From Pseudanabaena frigida (GTDB taxonomy: Bacteria > Cyanobacteriota > Cyanobacteriia > Pseudanabaenales > Pseudanabaenaceae), in NCBI GenBank assembly GCA_003242085.1, contig QBML01000010.1, positions 41,983-105,982 of the forward strand: a stretch of DNA of 64,000 nt. The letters are read 5' to 3'. The position numbers were made by a program, and so were the translations under genes. Under the pieces are notes generated by a model that saw only the letters and a program-made list of their open reading frames with translations, made no database searches and was not told the DNA's origin. Of the stretch, positions 28,675-37,941 are shown in pieces; within the stretch, counting starts at the first letter, position 1, and each line of letters begins with the position of its first letter.

Positions 28675-29973
28675 CTATATTTGCAAAACAAGACGAACTT
28701 TTCCTGTTGTAGAATGGGGCGATCGCCACTTGAGAATTAGATCTTCGAGAGCTGAGATTGCTTTGCTGTCTTGTAATGTCGAACTTGGCATATCGACTGA
28801 TAGATTGCTAATGCGATCGCCTGAAATCTCCAGATTAAGGGCGATGATTCCCGTTGAGGATGTATTAATCCGCTGATTTTGGATATAACGCACTAAATCT
28901 GTGGTTATATCACTCGGCAATTCAGATTTGACCTGTAGGACTTTGATAGTAGTTACGACATCAGCATTATCATTACGCGAGATGGCAGATGGCATAGCAA
29001 TTTTGGCAGATGATGGAGTTGAAGGTGATGGTTTAGCAGCCTCTGATATGACTGTTGCAGGTGCGGAAGCATCTTTACTATCTTTACTTGGAGCTTCTAA
29101 ACGTCTTGATTGAGTTGATGAAGTGCTACCTGCAGTGATGCCATCAGACATCGAAGGCTTATTTTCGGTGGCACGTTGGCGATCGCCACTTAAATTGCCA
29201 AAAGAATTAGAAGTTTGAGGCTCAGGCGCTGCGGCTACTTTGTCCATTCTCTCTCGAACTTTGGCTTCGCGATCTGCCATTGCAGGGGATTGCGATGGGG
29301 CAGTGGCGATCGCGCTATTAGGTAATTGATTGTTAGGTGATTGATTTGTGGATTTTGATGCAGCAATTTTTGAGGTGCTTTCTGGCTTACTGTCTGGCTT
29401 TTTGTCGGCGCTAGCCGACGGTGATGCAGCATCTTTTTCAGGAGCCGTGGAGGAAGGAGTGGAGGCGATTTGATAGCTGGGTTGTTCGCTGAAGGGTGGA
29501 GAAATTAGTCGCAACGTGCCAATGCTGACACCGACAATGGCGATCGTGCCTGCGACAATTTTTAGCCAATTGGGGCTGAGGCGGCGCACTTCTAAAACTA
29601 CATTAGGCAAAATTACAAATTCATTGGCGCAGAGTTCGAGACTTTCGTAAAGATCGAATAGTTGTAATGTTGAGAGCTGCAGTTGTGGTAGTTTTGGAAT
29701 TTTAATGACATGATCGAGGCTCTCAAAATCATCTTGAGCTAGCCAGCGATCGCAGTAACTAGTCACAGATTCGATCAGACTTGTGATTTGTTGTTGATTA
29801 CCTTTGATGGCGCGTTGGCTTTGCTCTAATTGCAGTCGAAAGCGCAAATTTTGGGCGACGATTTGCGACTGCCAATCGGATAAAGGCGATCGCTCAGTCC
29901 AGACCTCTAATAAACAGGTTGGCAGCTCATAGCGTCGGCTCACGGTATTTGATTCTGAAGAGGAGTAACGCAT
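28675..29973 (-). CDS. DUF4335 domain protein
   Basis: RYELPTCLLEV..SPLSDW N-terminus, one TM helix, S/P/A-rich tail; adjacent to DUF3038 as usual. Confidence 0.7.
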   Translation of the reverse strand: MRYSSSESNTVSRRYELPTCLLEVWTERSPLSDWQSQIVAQNLRFRLQLEQSQRAIKGNQQQITSLIESVTSYCDRWLAQDDFESLDHVIKIPKLPQLQLSTLQLFDLYESLELCANEFVILPNVVLEVRRLSPNWLKIVAGTIAIVGVSIGTLRLISPPFSEQPSYQIASTPSSTAPEKDAASPSASADKKPDSKPESTSKIAASKSTNQSPNNQLPNSAIATAPSQSPAMADREAKVRERMDKVAAAPEPQTSNSFGNLSGDRQRATENKPSMSDGITAGSTSSTQSRRLEAPSKDSKDASAPATVISEAAKPSPSTPSSAKIAMPSAISRNDNADVVTTIKVLQVKSELPSDITTDLVRYIQNQRINTSSTGIIALNLEISGDRISNLSVDMPSSTLQDSKAISALEDLILKWRSPHSTTGKVRLVLQI

Positions 29974-30016
29974 GGTTTTTTATGTTTTCAAATTATGCAA
30001 AGCATAATTTGAAAGT

Positions 30017-30568
30017 TTATTGGCTACGCTCGAACAGGGCAACCCAAAGGCGGCGCGATCCGATCTGTGAACTATAGAATAGTAAATCTATTAATAATTT
30101 TAACGCTAATCTCTGGATTGCGTCGGGTTTTGCTTGTTCTTCTTCCGCCATCCGCTCTTGATAGAGCGTATTAAAGCGATCGAGATAATCACCGAGAATT
30201 GGTTCGCGGTAGGGAGGGCGCTTCAAGGCGGTGCATTTCTCTAACTGAGCCACAGCGTTACGAATCGCGAATTGTTGCTGTGAGGCTAAAGTACAACTGA
30301 TCAGGGTCATTGCTCTAGCTTCATCAACATCTAGCTTTTTGCGCCCCTTGCCCTTGCGTAATGGACTAGCCTGACGCAATCGCCAGAGTGTAATGCGATC
30401 GCTCAAAATTTCTTCTAAACCCAACTTCTCGGCAACTGCAAGCATTTCATCAGAACCCAGCCCTGTCAAAGCCTCTAGTGCCAAAAGCACTAAATCCAAA
30501 TGAGCCTTGATTGCCTGCAATTGGGGCAAATCAGGATTTTCAAAGGAAGGAGCAGGATGGGAAGTCAT
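30017..30568 (-). CDS. DUF3038 domain protein
   Basis: HLDLVLLALEAL, LWRLRQASPLR, KLLIDLLFYSS..G.RRLW. Confidence 0.8.
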   Translation of the reverse strand: MTSHPAPSFENPDLPQLQAIKAHLDLVLLALEALTGLGSDEMLAVAEKLGLEEILSDRITLWRLRQASPLRKGKGRKKLDVDEARAMTLISCTLASQQQFAIRNAVAQLEKCTALKRPPYREPILGDYLDRFNTLYQERMAEEEQAKPDAIQRLALKLLIDLLFYSSQIGSRRLWVALFERSQ

Positions 30569-32202
30569 GAGTCAGAACTAGATTTGATTTGGGGTAACGG
30601 TGGTAAAGGTAAAGGACGATGCTTGATTCTTGACTTTTCGATCAATGTTTTAGTTGCTTGTTCGATTACACTAATATCACTTAATTTAGCGCCCAATTCA
30701 TCGCTTAATTCGACCCGTGATGCACTTCGCGCTCGACCCTGAGTCGCCCATGCCTGCATAAAACTAATTTGTTCGCGAGCGGTGCTGGCTAATGGATAGG
30801 TTTCTCCGATCGCGGCCAATATATCCTCGGTGATCACATCTCTTTGCTCGTGGAAGGCGCGATACATACCTTCTACGATCGCCTGTTCGATTTCAGCGCC
30901 ACTAAATTCTTTGGTGATCGAAGCCATTTTATCAATATCAAAATTGCGTAATTCATTTGGACGAAATCGTTTGAGATGTAGCAAAAATATTTCTTTGCGT
31001 TCTTCATAGGTTGGCAGATTGATAAAAAACAATTCATCAAAGCGTCCTTTTCTTAATAACTCAGGCGGGAGTGCGTGGATGTTATTTGCCGTAGCGACTA
31101 CAAAAACTGGGCTGGATTTTTCTTGCATCCATGTTAGTAGTGTTCCTAATACGCGCTGACTGGTACCTGAGTCTCCAGTACTATTCGCAATTCCCCCAAA
31201 AGCCTTATCAATTTCATCAATCCAGAGAATACAAGGGGCAAGAGCTTCTGCTAACTGAATTGTCTGGCGGGTGCGACTTTCAGACTGACCGACCAAGCTA
31301 CCAAATAAACGACCAACATCCAAACGTAAAAGTGGCAAGCGCCAGAGATTGGCGATCGCCTTCGCGCATAGGCTTTTGCCTGTGCCTTGAATGCCCAACA
31401 GTAATACTCCGCGGGGATTTGGCAACCCAAAAGCCCGCGCTTCGTCTGAAAATGCTTGTTGGCGCTGCATTAGCCAGAGCTTAAAATTATCTAACCCCCC
31501 AATACTATCTAAGGTTTCATTTGGTGTAAAAAACTCTAAAAACTCAGTTTGGCGAATCCGTTTTTGTTTTTCAATCAACACGCGATCGATATCTGATTCG
31601 TTAATATAGTGCTTCTGTACAATCGATTTGGAAAGTGTATGACAAATGCGATCGCGAGTCATGCCCATACAAGCTTTGACCAGTTGTTCGAGGCTATTCC
31701 CTTCCATTCTCAATTGTTCTGATGGAACCATTTGCTCGATAATATTTCGGATTTCCGTCGTTTCAGGTAACGGGAAATAGAGAACTGCTACCTGTTCTTC
31801 GAGTTCAGTTGGTAGTTCTAAGAGCGGACTCAACAAAATTAATGTCTTGCGCGAATTGCGAAAACTGCGATAGAGATTGCGAAGCTGGCGTACCAAAACT
31901 TCATCAAGTCGCTGGGTGGCTAACCGCCGATGCAGATCCCGAAATACATAAATAGATGCTGTCTGGCGATCGGCATTCTCGACAATTTGCAGCGCTTGCA
32001 GCAAATTGTTTTTACCATCTTGATTGTGATCGAAACCCCGCACTAGATCGTAATAGAGCATTTGACGCGGTGGTCCACATTCCTGCGCTACTTGGGCGAT
32101 CGCCTTTTCAGCACGTTCTTCTTCCCATGTCACGACATAAATAATCGGACATTTAGAGCGAATTAGCAGGCTAAGTTCTTCTTGAAAATTAGGAGGTTTC
32201 AT
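30565..32202 (-). CDS. ycf46: Ycf46-family AAA+ ATPase
   Basis: TWEEERAE N-terminus, Walker A GIQGTGKS, Walker B LWIDEIDK, PPELLRKGRFDE. Confidence 0.88.
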   Translation of the reverse strand: MKPPNFQEELSLLIRSKCPIIYVVTWEEERAEKAIAQVAQECGPPRQMLYYDLVRGFDHNQDGKNNLLQALQIVENADRQTASIYVFRDLHRRLATQRLDEVLVRQLRNLYRSFRNSRKTLILLSPLLELPTELEEQVAVLYFPLPETTEIRNIIEQMVPSEQLRMEGNSLEQLVKACMGMTRDRICHTLSKSIVQKHYINESDIDRVLIEKQKRIRQTEFLEFFTPNETLDSIGGLDNFKLWLMQRQQAFSDEARAFGLPNPRGVLLLGIQGTGKSLCAKAIANLWRLPLLRLDVGRLFGSLVGQSESRTRQTIQLAEALAPCILWIDEIDKAFGGIANSTGDSGTSQRVLGTLLTWMQEKSSPVFVVATANNIHALPPELLRKGRFDELFFINLPTYEERKEIFLLHLKRFRPNELRNFDIDKMASITKEFSGAEIEQAIVEGMYRAFHEQRDVITEDILAAIGETYPLASTAREQISFMQAWATQGRARSASRVELSDELGAKLSDISVIEQATKTLIEKSRIKHRPLPLPPLPQIKSSSDS

Positions 32203-32265
32203 TATTGGGGAATACGAAAGAATGCCTTGGATTTATAAAAATATGCATAGCATGTTTTTATAGCA

Positions 32266-33018
32266 CTAGAAGAAATCATCGCTTGCTGATTGTCTATGGG
32301 GAGTTGGTAGAGATTTTAAATGGCTGAGAAATTGCAATAACTCATCATTCGTTAATTGCTGACGGGATTTTTTATCAAAAGTCCGCACCAAATAATCGCG
32401 TCCTTGAGTTTTTGTCCATCTGAGACGTTCCATCTCCACATCAATTTTAGAAATCGCATCCGATAGATCGACAGGTTCGGGCGTAATTTGTGGTGTTGAG
32501 GACTTGATCGGTGCAGCGGTGGTCTCTGCCTGACGAGGTTTTGCGGCTATCTCTTCATTGGACGCATAGTGAAAATTGGTTTCTGGCGTATACTCATTTG
32601 CTCCATATTCACTGGCGTAGTCTGAAGCAGGTTCAGATTGAATTGTATGCGTAGTATGCATTACCTGATGCAAATCGCTACGACTTTCAAGGCTGCCTAA
32701 TGTATTTAAGTTGGCTGATGGTAGCGAATTTACAGTTGACGGTTCGCGTGAAACTTGTGTCAACATTGGAGATCGCCCATTGTAGCCTCCAAAGCTATTA
32801 TCAAATGCATTGTCAAAGGAAATTCCCGCGATCGTCAGCGCACGTTTAACCGCACGATCCTCTGCTATTTCTAGGTCACTATCAACAGCCGTTGCCGTCC
32901 CCATGATGGCATCTCCTTCAGACACGATCGCCCTAAAAGCATGAAGACCATCGATTTTTGGGAGCATCTCAGTTTGGATGCGCCCCTGTGGATATTGAGA
33001 GCGAAACTGGGCAAACAT
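32266..33018 (-). CDS. Conserved hypothetical protein with possible Rad52-like N-terminal fold
   Basis: ATG 33018 preferred (MFAQFRSQYPQGRIQTE...AEDRAVKRALTIAGI); disordered linker; C-terminal helical domain. Confidence 0.75.
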   Translation of the reverse strand: MFAQFRSQYPQGRIQTEMLPKIDGLHAFRAIVSEGDAIMGTATAVDSDLEIAEDRAVKRALTIAGISFDNAFDNSFGGYNGRSPMLTQVSREPSTVNSLPSANLNTLGSLESRSDLHQVMHTTHTIQSEPASDYASEYGANEYTPETNFHYASNEEIAAKPRQAETTAAPIKSSTPQITPEPVDLSDAISKIDVEMERLRWTKTQGRDYLVRTFDKKSRQQLTNDELLQFLSHLKSLPTPHRQSASDDFF

Positions 33019-33122
33019 AAATAAGTACGAAATCAATTTTTTGTGGTTGAAAAGCTGGAAGTTGGAGATCGCGAGGTAACTGGTTGCAATATGAGGATCG
33101 GTCTCCAAATCTTTATTAGTGC

Positions 33123-34787
33123 TCACACCGAAGTCTTAACTTTAGGGGAGATTGGGGTATATCCTGGAATCTCATTTTCATCAACTTCATCGATCTGTTC
33201 TGGATCGAGATACTCATTGGCGTAGCGCAAATATACTTTTTCGCTAACAAATAAATCAAATAGATCGGGATCGATGTGATTTCCTAATTTCATCTTACCG
33301 AGAATCTGAAGGCATTCGGTCAAAGTTTTACCTTTCTTATAGGGGCGATCTTTAGCACTGAGGGCTTCAAATATATCAGCAATTCCCATCATTCGCGCAG
33401 GTAAGGACATTTGATCGCGAGTTAAACCTTTGGGATAGCCTTTACCATCCATGCGTTCGTGGTGTCCGCCTGCATATTCAGGCACGCGGCGAAGATTGCG
33501 TGGATAGGGCAACTGTTCGAGCATTTCGATGGTCACTACAATGTGATCGTTGATGATCTTGCGTTCTTCATCGGTAAGTGTCCCTCTAGCAATATTCAGG
33601 TTATATACTTCGTTTTCAGTCAAGAAGTTGGTTTCTACACCTTGGGGATCGATCCAACGATATTTGGTAATTAGTTGCAGGCGCTCTTTATATTCTTCGC
33701 TCATGAATTCGCCGCCGATATTGCAAATGCGTAAAAATTGTTGATCGCTAGAATATTGGGCGAGTTTCTGTTGCAAGGCGGCTTCGAGGTCAGACACGAT
33801 ACTAAGGTTGCCAGACTCGATCGCAGCTATCTTTTGGTTGAGAAAACTAATTTCGGCATCGCGTTTTAGTACTTCAAAGCGCGTATTTACTAAATGAATG
33901 CGATCGAAAATGGTTTCTAGTTTTGTAGCTTTATCAATGACATGTACTGGTGTAGTGACTTTGCCGCAATCGTGAAGTAGCCCTGCGATCTTCAGCTCGT
34001 AACGTTCTTCTTCATCCATTATAAAATCTTTGAAGATGCCATAATTAGCTTTGCAAGCTGCATCCGCAATCATCATTGTTAAAGTGGGGACACGGCGACA
34101 ATGTGCGCCATTGTAGGGCGATTTTTTATCGATCGCCTCAGACATGAGGTTAATAAATGACTCAAATAGTCCGCGAAATTGGCTGACAAGTTTATTGTTG
34201 GTTAGAGCGATCGCTGCCTGCGAAGCTAAAGATTCGGCAATACGCTGAGAAATTACGGAAAACTCGACGATCTCATTGCTGTGCGGAGACTTAGCATTAA
34301 TTAACTGCAAAACACCAATCAATTCATTCTCGTGATTGAGCATTGGCAAAGTCAAAAAAGACTGCGATCGATAGCCCGTTTTCGTATCAAAGGCTCTGGT
34401 TCCAGCAAAATCAAACCCTTCGGCTATGTATGCATCGGGAATATTGATGGTTTTTTTGTATAACGCTGCATGGGCTGCCACCATTGTGTTATTAGGATTG
34501 CCCAACTCGTCATATAGAGGTAGAGGAGGAAAGGGAATTGGATCGCCTTGCTTTGCACCCATTAGAGTCCCTAGCGAGTCGTTCATGATAATTTCAAACT
34601 GTAGGTACTTTTTATCCTCACTTGCTAGATATAACGTCCCAGCATCAGCATTTAAAATAGTCTTTGCCCCCTGTAAAATCATCTCTAACAATTTAGGCGT
34701 ATTTTTTTCCGCTGATAGCGCAATACCAATCTCATTTAGCTTTTCAATTAGCTCAAAGGATTCTGATTTAGTGTCGCCAATTTCCAT
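33123..34787 (-). CDS. GAF - HD-GYP phosphodiesterase
   Basis: GAF (FLTLPML, IGVLQLIN); LLHDCGK, HHERMDGKGYP, ADIFEAL. Confidence 0.92.
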   Translation of the reverse strand: MEIGDTKSESFELIEKLNEIGIALSAEKNTPKLLEMILQGAKTILNADAGTLYLASEDKKYLQFEIIMNDSLGTLMGAKQGDPIPFPPLPLYDELGNPNNTMVAAHAALYKKTINIPDAYIAEGFDFAGTRAFDTKTGYRSQSFLTLPMLNHENELIGVLQLINAKSPHSNEIVEFSVISQRIAESLASQAAIALTNNKLVSQFRGLFESFINLMSEAIDKKSPYNGAHCRRVPTLTMMIADAACKANYGIFKDFIMDEEERYELKIAGLLHDCGKVTTPVHVIDKATKLETIFDRIHLVNTRFEVLKRDAEISFLNQKIAAIESGNLSIVSDLEAALQQKLAQYSSDQQFLRICNIGGEFMSEEYKERLQLITKYRWIDPQGVETNFLTENEVYNLNIARGTLTDEERKIINDHIVVTIEMLEQLPYPRNLRRVPEYAGGHHERMDGKGYPKGLTRDQMSLPARMMGIADIFEALSAKDRPYKKGKTLTECLQILGKMKLGNHIDPDLFDLFVSEKVYLRYANEYLDPEQIDEVDENEIPGYTPISPKVKTSV

Positions 34788-34848
34788 AGTTTGCGTCCCT
34801 ATTTGTCAACAGGATCTTTTTGGTGAATGTTAGGAGAGAATCTGTTTC

Positions 34849-35655
34849 TCAAGGTTTCTTAGGTTGACTGGGGTCAATTAATATTTTGGGTAAAGGTGGT
34901 AAACCAGTTTTTTTCCAGAATTGCTGAAATTGTTGGGGCTGAACTAGTCGCCATCCAAACAATAAAATCGTAACCAAAAATGTTGTAATTATTCCAAATT
35001 TCATAAGACTTATAGAGATATGTCTCAAATTTGGATTGGATTTTTGATTAGATGAGTGGCTAGATTTATCTAAAGTGGTGGATATATCTAAAGATTTAGA
35101 GTTTAGGACTTTATTGTCTGACTGATGAAAGGATTGAAGAGTTGTTTGATCTGTTGGGATTGGTAATTGTTTAATTAACAGTTGAACAATTGGTGGCGCT
35201 TGATTGGTTCTAGACCATTGTCGAGCGATCGCTGAGGGAATGGCGCATAGATTCTTGCAATTTAGTTTCGCAATGCGATCGCGTAATGAGATCTCATCAG
35301 AAACTAAGACAACACATTTTTGCGGGTGAGCATTGGCAACACCAATTGAGCTTTGAGCAACATTTAGAATTAATTTTGCCTTACGACTAAGATTTTGGCT
35401 AGTGTTTAGAACTAGATCGGGATGATTGGCTGTTAGGGACGTAATTTGCCAATCTAGTTGAGACATAGAATTTTGAAATGATTTTGCAACTGTCTCATTG
35501 CCATCAGCTTTACCATTAGCGATATTTTTAATTTCTAGGGCAACCACCTCTGGTAAAAAACATTCACCTAATTTTGCGATCGCCTGCCAAGTATGGAGAT
35601 CGGTTTGAATAATCGTACTAGTTTCTAGTAGTAATAAATAAGAGGAAGCGGTCAT
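34849..35655 (-). CDS. Hypothetical protein with C-terminal TM helix
   Basis: Long ORF. ATG 35655 preferred because the ORF-track GTG start lies inside a palindrome. Confidence 0.65.
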   Translation of the reverse strand: MTASSYLLLLETSTIIQTDLHTWQAIAKLGECFLPEVVALEIKNIANGKADGNETVAKSFQNSMSQLDWQITSLTANHPDLVLNTSQNLSRKAKLILNVAQSSIGVANAHPQKCVVLVSDEISLRDRIAKLNCKNLCAIPSAIARQWSRTNQAPPIVQLLIKQLPIPTDQTTLQSFHQSDNKVLNSKSLDISTTLDKSSHSSNQKSNPNLRHISISLMKFGIITTFLVTILLFGWRLVQPQQFQQFWKKTGLPPLPKILIDPSQPKKP

Positions 35656-35680
35656 ATCGGCACGAATTGCAGTTTTTATT

Positions 35681-35733
35681 AATCTAAGAAGATAGTGTGT
35701 GGTGCTTTGCGCCACACACTATCTTCTTAGATT
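35681..35733. repeat. 25-bp hairpin with GC-TTT-GC cap
   Basis: AATCTAAGAAGATAGTGTGTGGTGC-TTT-GCGCCACACACTATCTTCTTAGATT, with one G.T pair. Confidence 0.85.
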
Positions 35734-35741
35734 TTTTGATT

Positions 35742-36398
35742 TTATTTAGGAATGCGAGAACCTTGCCAATTACCAAAATTACTGGTGCTGTCAGCAGTAC
35801 CATAGCTGCCATAAAATTCCTTACACCCTTCAGCAAAAATTAAAATCCCCTTTCCTTGTTGTTTCGGTTGCTGTTTGGGTGTTTCTTGCCAATCAAAGGT
35901 AACGACGTTGTTACTCAACTTACCAGTTAACTCACCGACAATCTTGCCGCGTTCAAAGTTGGCGTATTCATATTTACCTGAGATCAGGTTTTCACTTTCT
36001 TCTTGCAATGTTACTTTCCCAAACGGCGTTTGCCAGTCTCCACTTATCTGGGATTTGCAGGCAAGGTTACTATCAGGAGTAGCTTCTGGTGCAGTCAGAT
36101 ACTGCAACCCTAACATGGTCACTACGGCGATACCGCCCAATCCTAATATTAGAATTAACCATGCAGAAGAGATTTGCCAAGCAAAGGGTCTTTGGAGAAA
36201 TTTTGGGAAATATTTCACGGAACCTTTTGTTTCTGCGGTTGTAGGAGTCGCAACTTCCTGAGTTGATTCCCCTATTGCCGAAGAAGAGCCAGTCTGTTCT
36301 TCTTCGGGTGGCAATGACTGCGATCGCTTGCTTTTAAACCAAAGTTTTTGCATAGTTAGGCAAAGTTTTGCTGCCGACACTGAACCAATTATAATCAT
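35742..36398 (-). CDS. Hypothetical single-pass membrane protein with small beta-rich C-terminal domain
   Basis: One TM helix (WLILILGLGGIAVVTMLGL), then SGDWQTPFG...GNWQGSR. Confidence 0.7.
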   Translation of the reverse strand: MIIIGSVSAAKLCLTMQKLWFKSKRSQSLPPEEEQTGSSSAIGESTQEVATPTTAETKGSVKYFPKFLQRPFAWQISSAWLILILGLGGIAVVTMLGLQYLTAPEATPDSNLACKSQISGDWQTPFGKVTLQEESENLISGKYEYANFERGKIVGELTGKLSNNVVTFDWQETPKQQPKQQGKGILIFAEGCKEFYGSYGTADSTSNFGNWQGSRIPK

Positions 36399-36469
36399 TG
36401 TCGCATGACGACAAAACTAACGCCTATTTATTCACTCAGCGATTGTGCTGAGATGTGGCAAATCAAAGG

Positions 36470-37189
36470 CTAAGAGATGAACTTCTCGCCGACTTTAGTA
36501 ATTGGTTTGGCGATCGCCATAAATTTTTCGACTTTATACAAATCTTTATCACCTGCGGCTAGCTCTACACCACTGGATACGTCTAGACCATCGGGGCAGA
36601 CTTGGGCGATCGCCTTGTCAACATTTTCTGGTGTTAGTCCTCCCGCTAACCACCAAGGACAAGATGGACGAAAATCGCGCAGCATTTGCCAGTCTATAGT
36701 TTTGCCAGTACCGCCTGCCATTTGCGGATCGTAGGCATCGAGTAAGATCGCATCAACCACGGCACTAAAAAGTTTCGCTTGTTCTAAACCTGCTTGATTT
36801 TTCACTCGTAGGGCTTTAATTAGCTTGATGTCTGGATTGATTTTGTCTAGCAGCGATCGCGCTTCACGACAGAAATCTGGAGATTCATCGCCATGGAGTT
36901 GCACCGCAGTGAGTCCGCCTTGCTTAACTGTTTGGCAAATTTCAAGCACACTAGCGTTGAGAAATACGCCGATCAAATCTAGCTGACGAACATCTAGACG
37001 ATCTAAGCGATCGCCTAGATGTTCGTCAGAATTTGTTAGTTTAGAGGTGATGTGGTTAATCGTCGATGTATTCACATAGCGTGGTGAAGAAGGTACGCAA
37101 ATAAAACCAAGGGCATCGGCTCCCATTTGAGCGATCGCTTGAGCTTGATCGAGTTTCGTAATGCCACAAATTTTGATATACATACACAA
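36470..37189 (-). CDS. trpF: Phosphoribosylanthranilate isomerase
   Basis: IKICGIT, AVQLHGDE, ILLDAY, GGTGKTIDW, WLAGGLTPENV, DVSSGVE. Confidence 0.97.
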   Translation of the reverse strand: MCMYIKICGITKLDQAQAIAQMGADALGFICVPSSPRYVNTSTINHITSKLTNSDEHLGDRLDRLDVRQLDLIGVFLNASVLEICQTVKQGGLTAVQLHGDESPDFCREARSLLDKINPDIKLIKALRVKNQAGLEQAKLFSAVVDAILLDAYDPQMAGGTGKTIDWQMLRDFRPSCPWWLAGGLTPENVDKAIAQVCPDGLDVSSGVELAAGDKDLYKVEKFMAIAKPITKVGEKFIS

Positions 37190-37207
37190 GAACCATCACC
37201 ACATTTC

Positions 37208-37906
37208 ATGACCAAGTATTCATCCTATCCAACTACTGCGACTACTCCCATGCATTTCCCCCAGAAATTAGTTACTAAATTCATTACGAAATTTTCCGCT
37301 GGTTCTGCCGTTGTCGCGGCGATCGCGATCGCTTGCTGCACTCCTACTATGCCAGCCCGCGCCGCTCTCTTTGATGGCCCCGTCGATCGCTTACCATCGG
37401 TTGAGCGTGATTCCTTACGCAAGGGGCAAACTGTAGTAACGGGGGATAAGGGTAAATATGTGGCGCGGGTTCTAGTCACTGCTTCCCCTGATGCTGTTTG
37501 GCGAGTTCTCACTGATTATGCCAATCTCTATAAGTTTATTCCCAATATGACCTCTAGCAAGGTTCTTGAGAGTTATGGCAATCGCAAGGTGATTGAGCAG
37601 GTAGATACACGCCAAGTCTTTGTAGTTTCCATCGTTTCTCGTACTAAGCTTGCGATCGAAGAGACCGATCGCAAACAGATTGATTTTCGTCTGATCGATG
37701 GCGATCTTTCCAAAATGGAAGGATATTGGAAAATTGAACCTGTTTCCGCTGTGCCAAATCGTCCCGCCAATCAAATTTTGATTACCTACACTGTCAATGC
37801 TCAGCCGAATGATGGTACGCCTACTGATGCTTTTTATGGAATTTTCAAAGATGCTTTAAATGATACTTTGCAGGCGATCAAAAACGAAATCAAAAGCAGA
37901 GGCTAG
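37208..37906 (+). CDS. SRPBCC/START (polyketide cyclase-like) family protein
   Basis: VWRVLTDYANLYKFIPNM and GDLSKMEGYWKIEP. The ORF-track start overlaps trpF head-on, so ATG 37208 or 37250 is preferred. Confidence 0.85.
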   Translation: MTKYSSYPTTATTPMHFPQKLVTKFITKFSAGSAVVAAIAIACCTPTMPARAALFDGPVDRLPSVERDSLRKGQTVVTGDKGKYVARVLVTASPDAVWRVLTDYANLYKFIPNMTSSKVLESYGNRKVIEQVDTRQVFVVSIVSRTKLAIEETDRKQIDFRLIDGDLSKMEGYWKIEPVSAVPNRPANQILITYTVNAQPNDGTPTDAFYGIFKDALNDTLQAIKNEIKSRG

Positions 37907-37941
37907 TGAACCTATAACAACTCACTGTAAGTCTCTTGCCC

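Noticed and set aside
35655-35715. Extended N-terminus MAQSTTHYLLRL of the 34849 ORF
   Set aside because: The GTG start lies inside a hairpin element; ATG 35655 is more plausible.
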